Positions 10,068 to 18,412 of a stretch of 32,000 nucleotides of DNA are shown one piece after another (positions within the stretch are counted from its first letter, which is position 1; each line of letters begins with the position of its first letter). The stretch is from Candidatus Saccharimonadota bacterium (GTDB taxonomy: Bacteria > Pseudomonadota > Gammaproteobacteria > Enterobacterales > Enterobacteriaceae_A), in contig CP116499.1 in NCBI GenBank assembly GCA_030849405.1, positions 90,001-122,000 of the forward strand. The letters run 5' to 3'. The translations under genes and the position numbers were made by a program. The notes beneath the pieces are model-generated. The model worked only from the letters and a program-made list of their open reading frames with translations, was not told the DNA's origin and made no database searches.

Positions 10068-12842
10068 ATGAAAAATTATAAATATACTTTAAATTTACCT
10101 AAAACTAAATTCCCTATGAAAGGAAATTTAATTAATAAAGAAAAAAATATAATAAAAATATGGAATTTAAAAAATATATATAAAAAAATACAAAACTCAA
10201 AAATTAAAAAAAAAATTTTTATTTTACATGATGGTCCAATATATGCAAATGGTCATATACATATTGGACATGCAATTAATAAAATTATAAAAGATATAAT
10301 AGTTAAATCTAAAAATTTAAGTGGTTTTAGTGTTCCATTTATTCCAGGATGGGATTGTCATGGTTTACCTATTGAATTAGAAATTGAAAAAAAATGGGGT
10401 AAACCTGGTTTAAAAATTTCTAAATTTGAATTTAGAAAAAAATGTAAAATTTATGCAAATAAACAAATTTTAATACAAAAAAAAGAATTTATTCGTTTAG
10501 GTATTATTGCAGATTGGGAAAATCCATATTTAACAATGAATTATGATATAGAAGCAAATATTATAAAAATATTTAAAAAAATTTTAAAATTAGGATATTT
10601 AATAAATGGTGAAAAACCAATACATTGGTGTATAAATTGTCAATCTTCTTTATCAGAAGCTGAAATAGAATATAATAATATTAATTCTTTAAGTCTTTAT
10701 GTATTATTTAAATCTATCAAAAATAATAAAATTTTAAATAAATTTAATATTAAAAAATTTAAAAATGATATTAATTTAGTTATTTGGACAACTACACCAT
10801 GGACATTAATATTAAATAAAGCAATTGCAATAAATCCAAATGAAATTTATCAACTTATTAAAATTTCAAATAAATACTTTATATTATCTAAAAATACAAC
10901 TATTAATATAATAAAATTAATAAAACCAAAAACTTGGAAAATAATAGGAAAATGTAAAGGAAAAAATTTAGAATTTTGTTATTTTAAACATCCATTTATT
11001 AATTTAAATGTACCTGTAATATTAAGTAATCATGTAAATTTAAATATTGGTAGTGGTGCAGTGCATATTTCACCAGAACACGGATTAGATGATTTTTTAA
11101 TTAGTAAAAAATATTTAATTAAAACATTAGCAAAAGTAAATAAAAATGGAAATTATATTAAAGGAACACATTTATTATTAGATAAAAAATTTATTTATAA
11201 TGTTGATTATATAATAATAAAATTATTAAAACAACATAAAAATTTTTTAAAAAAACAAAAAATTATTCATAAATATCCTCATTGTTGGCGTCATAAAACA
11301 AAAATTTTTTTAAGAATAACTCCACAATGGTTTATTAATTTAGATAAAAATAATTTAAAAAAGAAAATAATTAAAAATATTCAAAAAATAAAATGGATTC
11401 CATCATATGGTAAATTACATATGGAAAATATGATTAAAAATAGACCTGATTGGTGTATTTCTAGACAAAGAATATGGGGAGTACCAATTACATTAATTGT
11501 TAATAAAAAGAATTTAACATTACATCCAAATAATATAAATATAATTAAAAATATAATTCAAATTGTTAAAAAAAAAGGAACACAAGTATGGTGGGATTTA
11601 AATATTAAAAATATAATTAAAGAAAAAAAAAAATATATTAAAATAAATGATATATTAGATGTATGGTTTGATTCAGGAACTACACATTATTCTGTAATTA
11701 AAAAAAGAAAAGAATATAAAGGAAATAATGCTAATTTATATATAGAAGGTACAGATCAATATCGTGGATGGTTTATGTCATCTTTGATAACTTCAACAAT
11801 AATAACAGGAAATTCACCTTATAAAGAAATTATAACACATGGTTTTGTAATAGATGAAAAAAAAAAAAAAATGTCAAAATCCATAGGAAACATAATAAAA
11901 CCATTAGATTTAATTAAAAAATTTAGTTGTGATATATTAAGATTATGGATTGCTTGTTCTGAATATACTAATGAAATAACTGTTTCTAATAAATCATTAA
12001 AAAAAACTATAGAAATTTATAGAAAAATTCGTAATACAATACGTTTTTTATTATCAAATTTATATGATTTTAAACCAAATAAAGATTTGATCAATTATAA
12101 AAAAATGATTATATTAGATTTATATATATTAAGTTATACATTAAAAATTCAAAATAAAATTAAAAAAGCTTATAATAAATATAATTTTATTAAAGTAATA
12201 AAATATTTAATTAAATTTTGTTCAATTAAAATGGGTTCTTTTTATTTTGATATAATTAAAGATCGACAATATACTAATAAAAAAAATAGTATATCTAGAA
12301 GAAGTGGACAAACAACAATATTTTATATTTTAGAATTTTTAGTTCGTTGGATATCTCCAATATTGTCATTTACAGCAAATGAAATATGGAACTTTTTACC
12401 TGGTTATAGATCAGAATTTATTTTTACTGAAGAATGGTATAATATTAAATATATTAAATTTAAAAAATTTGAAATTAATTTTTTAAAACAAATAATTAAA
12501 ATAAAATCTAAAATAAATAAAAAAATTGAAATTTTAAGAAAAAAAAAAAAAATAGGAAGTTCATTAAAAGCAATTGTTATTATTTATGCAAATAAAAAAT
12601 TAATTAAAAAATTAAATAAATTTAAAAAAGAAATACATTTTATATTTATTGTTTCTAAAGTAAAATTATTTATTTTAAAAAAAATAAAAAATTTTAAAAT
12701 ATATATAAAAATTTCAAAAGAAAAAAAATGTAATAGATGTTGGCATTATAATCAAAATTGTAATTTATCAAAATATATTGGAATTTGTAATCGTTGTATA
12801 ATAAATATATTTAGTAAAGGTGAAAAAAGAAAGTTTATATAA
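10068..12842 (+). CDS. ileS: Isoleucyl-tRNA synthetase
   Basis: 924 aa with class I motifs HIGHA and KMSKS, WDCHGLPIE, and a C-terminal CNRC...CNRC zinc knuckle. It is colinear with E. coli IleRS (938 aa). Confidence 0.97.
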   Translation: MKNYKYTLNLPKTKFPMKGNLINKEKNIIKIWNLKNIYKKIQNSKIKKKIFILHDGPIYANGHIHIGHAINKIIKDIIVKSKNLSGFSVPFIPGWDCHGLPIELEIEKKWGKPGLKISKFEFRKKCKIYANKQILIQKKEFIRLGIIADWENPYLTMNYDIEANIIKIFKKILKLGYLINGEKPIHWCINCQSSLSEAEIEYNNINSLSLYVLFKSIKNNKILNKFNIKKFKNDINLVIWTTTPWTLILNKAIAINPNEIYQLIKISNKYFILSKNTTINIIKLIKPKTWKIIGKCKGKNLEFCYFKHPFINLNVPVILSNHVNLNIGSGAVHISPEHGLDDFLISKKYLIKTLAKVNKNGNYIKGTHLLLDKKFIYNVDYIIIKLLKQHKNFLKKQKIIHKYPHCWRHKTKIFLRITPQWFINLDKNNLKKKIIKNIQKIKWIPSYGKLHMENMIKNRPDWCISRQRIWGVPITLIVNKKNLTLHPNNINIIKNIIQIVKKKGTQVWWDLNIKNIIKEKKKYIKINDILDVWFDSGTTHYSVIKKRKEYKGNNANLYIEGTDQYRGWFMSSLITSTIITGNSPYKEIITHGFVIDEKKKKMSKSIGNIIKPLDLIKKFSCDILRLWIACSEYTNEITVSNKSLKKTIEIYRKIRNTIRFLLSNLYDFKPNKDLINYKKMIILDLYILSYTLKIQNKIKKAYNKYNFIKVIKYLIKFCSIKMGSFYFDIIKDRQYTNKKNSISRRSGQTTIFYILEFLVRWISPILSFTANEIWNFLPGYRSEFIFTEEWYNIKYIKFKKFEINFLKQIIKIKSKINKKIEILRKKKKIGSSLKAIVIIYANKKLIKKLNKFKKEIHFIFIVSKVKLFILKKIKNFKIYIKISKEKKCNRCWHYNQNCNLSKYIGICNRCIINIFSKGEKRKFI

Positions 12843-12883
12843 AAATATTTATAAGTTTATTATTTGAATATTTAAGTATTTTT

Positions 12884-12912
12884 TTTGACTTTTTTTTAAA
12901 AAAAAATAAAAT
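12884..12912 (+). promoter_or_regulatory. Candidate sigma70 promoter for tRNA-Ile2 (and possibly lepA)
   Basis: TTGACT, then a spacer of about 17 nt, then TAAAAT, ending about 28 nt upstream of the tRNA 5' end. TTGAC is rare in this composition, but -10-like hexamers are abundant. The spacer crosses homopolymers, so it is uncertain by 1 nt. Confidence 0.3.
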
Positions 12913-12939
12913 AATTATTAATATATTTAAATTATTTTT

Positions 12940-13013
12940 GGCCCTTTAGCTCAGTTGGTTAGAGCAAACGACTCATAATCGTTAGGTCACTGGTTCAAAA
13001 CCAGTAAGGGCCA
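12940..13013 (+). tRNA. tRNA with CAU anticodon, most likely tRNA-Ile2 (lysidine-modified; TilS substrate), CCA not encoded
   Basis: 74 nt with acceptor GGCCCTT/AAGGGCC, anticodon arm AACGA-CTCATAA-TCGTT and T-arm ACTGG-TTCAAAA-CCAGT. The acceptor, anticodon-stem core and T-arm follow E. coli ileX (GGCCCCU..GCGACUCAUAAUCGC..GCUGGUUCAAGUCCAGC), not metT or metY as I recall them. Confidence 0.75.
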
Positions 13014-13090
13014 AGGCTATATTTAATAAGATATATAATTTTATAAAATAATGTATTTTAAAAATTTTTATTAATTTTTAATTTTAAAAA

Positions 13091-14881
13091 ATGAAAAATA
13101 TAAGAAATTTTTCGATTATTGCACATATAAACCATGGTAAAACAACTTTATCTGATTGTATAATACAAATTTGTGGTGGATTAAATGATATTAAAAAAGA
13201 AAAACAAATTTTAGATTCAATGGATATTGAAAAAAAAAGAGGGATTACAATTAAAGCTCATACTGTTAATTTAAAATATAAATCTAAAAATGGGAAAATA
13301 TATAAAATGAATTTAATAGATACACCAGGACATGTTGATTTTTCTTATGAAGTTTCTAAATCATTAATAGCTTGTGAAGGTGTATTATTATTAATTGATT
13401 CAACACAAGGTGTAAAAGCACAAACTATATCAAATTATAATAAAGCAATTAAAATGAATTTAGATATAATAATAGTATTTAATAAAATTGATTTACCTAA
13501 CGCAAATATTAAACGTGTATCAAAAGAAGTAAAAGATATTATTGGAATAAGTACAAAAAATGTTATATATTGTTCAGCTAAAACAGGTGATGGTGTAATA
13601 AATATATTGGAAAGTATAATTAAAAATATTTCTCAACCAAAAGGAAAAAAAAATAATCCTTTACAAGCAATTATTATTGATTCTTGGTATAATAATTTTT
13701 TAGGTATTACATCTATAATTTGTATAAAAAATGGATATTTAAAATTAAAAGATAAAATTATAATAAATAATAAAAAAAAATACAATATAGAAACTTTAGG
13801 TTTATTTACCCCTAAAAAAAAAGAAAAAAAAAAATTAAATTGTGGTGAAGTTGGGTGGATAACATATTCTGAAAAAAAAATAAATAATATTAAAGTAGGT
13901 GATATTATAACTTCTTATTTAAATCCATGTAAAAACTTAATAATTAAATGTAAAAAAATAAAACCACAAATTTATATAGGATTATATAATTTAAATTCAA
14001 ATAAAAATGAAATATTTAAAAATTCTTTAAAAAAAATGAAATTAAACGATAACTCTTTTTTTTATGAACCTGAAGTATCTTTAATATTAGGATTTGGTTT
14101 TAGATGTGGTTTTTTAGGTTTATTACATATGGAAATTATTATAGAACGTTTAGAAAAAGAATATAATTTAAATTTAATAATAACTTCTCCTAATGTAATA
14201 TATAAAGTTTATACTATTAATAAAAAAAAAATTTATATTGATAATCCTTGTAAATTACCAAAAAAAAATATAATTAAAAAAATAAAAGAACCAATTGCAG
14301 AATGTAAAATACTAATACCAAAAAAATATTTAGGAAAAATAATTAAACTATGTATTAAAAAAAGAGGTATTTTAATTAATACAATTTATTATAATAATAA
14401 AATTTGTTTAATATATGAAATACCAATATCAGAAATTATAATTAATTTTAATAATAAATTAAAAAATATAAGTAATGGATATGCTTCATTAAATTATAAT
14501 TTTAAATATTATAAAACATCAAATTTAGTTAAAATTGATATATTAATTAATAATAAACGTATTGATATAATTTCTAGAATAATACATAATAATAATTTAT
14601 ATAATGTTTGTAAAAAAATAATAACTAAATTAAAAACTTTAATTCCTAGACAACAATTTGATATATCTATAAAAGCTGTTGTTAATTCAAATATTATTTT
14701 TAGTAATATAATTAAACAATTTAAAAAAAACGTAATATCAAAATGTTATGGTGGTGATATAAGTAGAAAAAAAAAATTGATACAAAAACAAAAAATTGGT
14801 AAAAAAAAAATGGAAAAAATAGGTAATTTTTTTTTACCAAAAAAAATATTTTTAAAATTAATTAAAATAAATAATAATTAA
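13091..14881 (+). CDS. lepA: Elongation factor 4 (LepA)
   Basis: 596 aa with GTPase motifs AHINHGKTT, DTPGHVDF and NKIDL. It is colinear with E. coli LepA (599 aa). Confidence 0.96.
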   Translation: MKNIRNFSIIAHINHGKTTLSDCIIQICGGLNDIKKEKQILDSMDIEKKRGITIKAHTVNLKYKSKNGKIYKMNLIDTPGHVDFSYEVSKSLIACEGVLLLIDSTQGVKAQTISNYNKAIKMNLDIIIVFNKIDLPNANIKRVSKEVKDIIGISTKNVIYCSAKTGDGVINILESIIKNISQPKGKKNNPLQAIIIDSWYNNFLGITSIICIKNGYLKLKDKIIINNKKKYNIETLGLFTPKKKEKKKLNCGEVGWITYSEKKINNIKVGDIITSYLNPCKNLIIKCKKIKPQIYIGLYNLNSNKNEIFKNSLKKMKLNDNSFFYEPEVSLILGFGFRCGFLGLLHMEIIIERLEKEYNLNLIITSPNVIYKVYTINKKKIYIDNPCKLPKKNIIKKIKEPIAECKILIPKKYLGKIIKLCIKKRGILINTIYYNNKICLIYEIPISEIIINFNNKLKNISNGYASLNYNFKYYKTSNLVKIDILINNKRIDIISRIIHNNNLYNVCKKIITKLKTLIPRQQFDISIKAVVNSNIIFSNIIKQFKKNVISKCYGGDISRKKKLIQKQKIGKKKMEKIGNFFLPKKIFLKLIKINNN

Positions 14882-14930
14882 ATACTTTACAAAAAATATA
14901 AATTTTTAAAAACTTATTTTAATTAATTAA

Positions 14931-15599
14931 ATGAAAAAAAAAATAATAAAAGAAATTCAAAAAAAAATAGGTTATTATTTTAAAAAAAAAATAATATTAT
15001 TAAAATCATTAAAATATAATAATAATAATAATGAACGTTTGGAATTTTTAGGTGATTCAATTTTAAATTTTATAATTTCTAATATTTTATTTAAAAAATT
15101 TCCATTAATAAATGAAGGTGAAATGAGTAGAATTAGATCTAATTTAATTAATTATAAAACTTTATCAAAAATAGCAAATGAATTTAATTTAATTAAATAT
15201 ATAAAATTTAAACAAAAAAAATTTAGTAATTATAATCATTATAAAAATTTAATATTATCAAATATAATTGAAGCATTAATAGCTGGAATATATTTAGATA
15301 GTAATATTTATACAATAGAAAAAATAATTTTAAATTGGTATAATAAATATATTAAAAAAATAAAATTATCAATTTTAAATAAAGATTATAAAACTATATT
15401 ACAAGAAATATTGCAAAAAAAAAAAATAAAATTACCAAAATATTCAATAATTAAAATAAATGGAAAAATATATAATCAAAAATTTATTATTAATTGTAAA
15501 ATTAATTGTTTTAAAAAATATTTTATAGGTATAGGTGAAACTAAACGTAGTGCTGAACAATGTGTAGCTAAAAAAATAATTAAAATATTAGGAATTTAA
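14931..15599 (+). CDS. rnc: Ribonuclease III
   Basis: 222 aa with the signature ERLEFLGDSILN, IEALIAGIYLD, and a C-terminal dsRBD (GETKRSAEQCVAKK). Confidence 0.95.
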   Translation: MKKKIIKEIQKKIGYYFKKKIILLKSLKYNNNNNERLEFLGDSILNFIISNILFKKFPLINEGEMSRIRSNLINYKTLSKIANEFNLIKYIKFKQKKFSNYNHYKNLILSNIIEALIAGIYLDSNIYTIEKIILNWYNKYIKKIKLSILNKDYKTILQEILQKKKIKLPKYSIIKINGKIYNQKFIINCKINCFKKYFIGIGETKRSAEQCVAKKIIKILGI

Positions 15600-16435
15600 T
15601 GAAACAAAATATAAAAAATTTATTTGTATCAATTATTGGTAGAACAAATGTAGGTAAATCAACTTTATTAAATAAATTAATTAAAAAAAAATTTTTTATA
15701 ACGTCAAAAAAAAAAAATACAACAATTGAAAATACATATAGTATTTATAAAAAAAAAAATTATAAAATTATTTATATAGATAATCCAGGTTTTATTTTAT
15801 ATAATAAAAAAATATCAACTTATATAATTAATAAAAAAAAATATAATATTGATATAATTATTTATATAATTGAAGGAACTATTATAAATAATGATGATAA
15901 AAAAATAATAAAAATTTTAAAAAAAATAAAATGTTATATTATATTAATAATAAATAAAATAGATATTATCAAAAATAAAATATATTTATTACCATATATT
16001 AAATTTTTAAAAAAAAAAATAAATTTTAAAGAATTAATACCAGTTTCTGCTAAATTTAATATTAATATTGATATAATTAATAAAATAATAATTAAACAAT
16101 TAAATATTAAAAAAAAAAAAAAAAAATTTTTTTATTATAAATATTCAAAAAAAAAAATTATATTAGAAGTTATACGTGAAAAAATAATAAGATTTTTAGG
16201 TCAAGAAATTCCATATAAAATAAATATTAAAATTTATAATATATATATTAGTAATAAAAACAAGTATAATATTTTTATTTTAATATTAGTTAAAAATTTA
16301 AATCAAAAAAAAATAATAATAGGAAAAAATGGTAATAAAATTAAAATTATTGGAATTAATTCAAGAATAGAAATTGAAAAAAAAATTAAAAAAAAAATAA
16401 ATTTATTTTTAAAAGTAATTATTAAAAATAAATAA
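15599..16435 (+). CDS. era: GTPase Era
   Basis: 278 aa with G1 GRTNVGKST, G3 DNPG, G4 NKID and KH-domain VIREKIIRFLGQEIPY. Its ATG overlaps the rnc stop (TAATG). Confidence 0.93.
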   Translation: MKQNIKNLFVSIIGRTNVGKSTLLNKLIKKKFFITSKKKNTTIENTYSIYKKKNYKIIYIDNPGFILYNKKISTYIINKKKYNIDIIIYIIEGTIINNDDKKIIKILKKIKCYIILIINKIDIIKNKIYLLPYIKFLKKKINFKELIPVSAKFNINIDIINKIIIKQLNIKKKKKKFFYYKYSKKKIILEVIREKIIRFLGQEIPYKINIKIYNIYISNKNKYNIFILILVKNLNQKKIIIGKNGNKIKIIGINSRIEIEKKIKKKINLFLKVIIKNK

Positions 16436-16472
16436 AATATAATATTTTTTTAAAATATAATATAAATAAAAT

Positions 16473-17183
16473 TTGGAAATATTTTTGAAAAAATTACTAA
16501 ATATTAATATTAATTATATTAAATTTTTAAATGATATAAAAGATATAAATATAATAAAAACTGCTTTAATTTTAAAACAGGAAAAAATTAATAGTATTAA
16601 AATAACTTTTAAAAAAAATTATAAAATAAATAAAAAAAAAATAATTATATTAAAAAAAATTATTAAAACAAACTTTAATTTTAATATTAAAATATCTGAT
16701 GAAATTTTAAATTTTATTATTAAAATTAAACCTAAATATTGTTGTTTAATACCTGAAAATAAAATAGTTATAGATAATGATTTAAATATAATTAAGTACA
16801 TTAATAAAATTTCTTTATTAACTAATTTGTTAAATAATAATGGAATTAAAGTTTCTGTATTTATTAATCCTGATTTAAATCAAATAGATGCTGCTATTAA
16901 TGCTGGTTGTAATTCAATAGAATTAAATACAAAAATATATTCATTATCTACAAATAGCTTAGAAAAAAAATATAATTTTAATAAAATTAAAAAAGCAGCA
17001 TATTATGCTAATAAAAAAGGATTAATAGTAAATGTTGTATGTGGAATAAATTATGATAATATTAAAAAAATATCTAAAATAAAAGAAATAAATGAAATTA
17101 ATATTAATTATTCAATAATAAATAGTTCAATTATTATTGGTTTAAAAAAAGCAATTAAAAATATATTATTATTAATTAATTAA
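16473..17183 (+). CDS. pdxJ: PdxJ-family (pyridoxine 5'-phosphate synthase-like) ORF with an eroded active site; possibly non-functional or repurposed
   Basis: 236 aa, colinear with E. coli PdxJ (KPKYCCLIPENK vs KPHFCCLVPEKR; GIKVSVFINPD vs GIQVSLFIDAD), in the syntenic position after era. It has a TTG start, no ATG codon anywhere in the ORF, and no visible SD. See findings for the residue changes. Confidence 0.65.
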   Translation: MEIFLKKLLNININYIKFLNDIKDINIIKTALILKQEKINSIKITFKKNYKINKKKIIILKKIIKTNFNFNIKISDEILNFIIKIKPKYCCLIPENKIVIDNDLNIIKYINKISLLTNLLNNNGIKVSVFINPDLNQIDAAINAGCNSIELNTKIYSLSTNSLEKKYNFNKIKKAAYYANKKGLIVNVVCGINYDNIKKISKIKEINEININYSIINSSIIIGLKKAIKNILLLIN

Positions 17184-17199
17184 TATTAAAATAATAATT

Positions 17200-17535
17200 T
17201 TAAAATATATTAATATTTTTTGATTTTATATTACGTAAATAATATAATTTAGATTTTTTAGCATAACCATAATTTATAATATTAATTTTATGAATTATTG
17301 GTGAATGAGTTTGAAAAACACGTTCAATACCTTCATTGTTATTAATTTTTCTAACAGTAAATGAACTATTTAATCCTCTATTTTTAATTGCAATTATTAT
17401 TCCTTTAAATTTTTGTTTTTTTTTTTTATTATTTTCAAAAATTAATGTTTCAATTTCTACAAAATATCCTGACTTAAGTATAGGTATATTTTTTTTAATT
17501 TGTTTTTTTTCAAATTTTTGTATAATATTTTGCAT
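17200..17535 (-). CDS. rplS: 50S ribosomal protein L19
   Basis: 111 aa. FKGIIIAIKNRGLNSSFTVRKI..GIERVFQTHSPII is typical of L19. Confidence 0.95.
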   Translation of the reverse strand: MQNIIQKFEKKQIKKNIPILKSGYFVEIETLIFENNKKKKQKFKGIIIAIKNRGLNSSFTVRKINNNEGIERVFQTHSPIIHKINIINYGYAKKSKLYYLRNIKSKNINIF

Positions 17536-17617
17536 TTTTAAATTTATTATAAAAATTTAATTAAATATAATTATAAAAAAAATAATAAATTATATAAATT
17601 AATAAATTATTAAATTA

Positions 17618-18112
17618 TTAAAAATTTAAATTTAATTTTATTATTTTTAAATTAAAATCAATAATTTTAATAATTTTTTTAATAATAAAAGGGATTAAAA
17701 TTTTTTTTTTTTTTTTAATAATTAATATAATATAATTTAATTTAGTATTATAAATTTTTTTAATTTGACCTAATTTAAAATTATTATAATTAATAATTTT
17801 ACATTTTAATATATCTTCTAAGTAATAATTTAATTTATTTTTTTTTTTAAAATCAATATAAATATAATTATTATTTAATAATTTTATTTTATTATTATTC
17901 ACATTTTTAATTTTAATAATGATTTTTTTTTTTTTAATAATATAATAATTTAATAAAATAATATTCCATTTTTTTTTTTTAATATATAATGTTTTATATT
18001 TTAAAAAATTTTCTTTTTTATTATTATATAAAAAAAAGTTAAATAATTCTTTTGAATTATAATTATTATTTATTTTACCTATAATAATTGGATTTTTAGG
18101 TATATTTTTCAT
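17618..18112 (-). CDS. rimM: 16S rRNA processing protein RimM (highly diverged)
   Basis: 164 aa. PIIIGKINNNYNSKE vs E. coli PIVLGKMGSSYGIRG; YYLEDILKCKII vs YYWKDLMGCQVV; ILIPFIIKKIIKIIDF vs RLVPFLDGQVIKKVDL. It is located between rpsP and rplS. Confidence 0.8.
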   Translation of the reverse strand: MKNIPKNPIIIGKINNNYNSKELFNFFLYNNKKENFLKYKTLYIKKKKWNIILLNYYIIKKKKIIIKIKNVNNNKIKLLNNNYIYIDFKKKNKLNYYLEDILKCKIINYNNFKLGQIKKIYNTKLNYIILIIKKKKKILIPFIIKKIIKIIDFNLKIIKLNLNF

Positions 18113-18130
18113 TTTAAAACATTTATAAAT

Positions 18131-18364
18131 TTAAAATTTGATAATTTTTTTAACACGGCATGAAATAGATGCTCCTAAATTTATCCAATATTTAATACGT
18201 TGTTTAAATGTATTTATATTATTTATTTTATATGTATTTAAAGGATTAAAATAACCTATACGTTCAATAAATTTGCTGTTATTAGATCTTCTTTTATCTA
18301 TAACAATTAATTGATAAAATGGTTTTTTTTTTCTACCTACTCTTTTCAAACGTATTCTTATCAT
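18131..18364 (-). CDS. rpsP: 30S ribosomal protein S16
   Basis: 77 aa. MIRIRLKRVGRKKKPFYQLIVIDKRRSNNSKFIERIGYFNP is typical of S16. Confidence 0.96.
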   Translation of the reverse strand: MIRIRLKRVGRKKKPFYQLIVIDKRRSNNSKFIERIGYFNPLNTYKINNINTFKQRIKYWINLGASISCRVKKIIKF

Positions 18365-18412
18365 TTTTTACCTTAATTTATTAATAATAAAATATAATAA
18401 TTTTAAAATATT

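Noticed and set aside
16619-16801. 60-aa minus-strand ORF inside the pdxJ-like ORF
   Set aside because: It is a short, low-complexity antisense ORF. The plus-strand frame has colinear PdxJ similarity.
17336-17560. 74-aa plus-strand ORF overlapping rplS
   Set aside because: It is antisense to a clearly conserved L19 gene and is a compositional artefact.
17618-18112. Possibility that the ORF between rpsP and rplS is trmD rather than rimM
   Set aside because: The N-terminal PIIIGKI.., the central YYLEDILKCKI and the C-terminal ILIPF..IKIIDF segments align with RimM. No SPOUT/TrmD motifs are visible.
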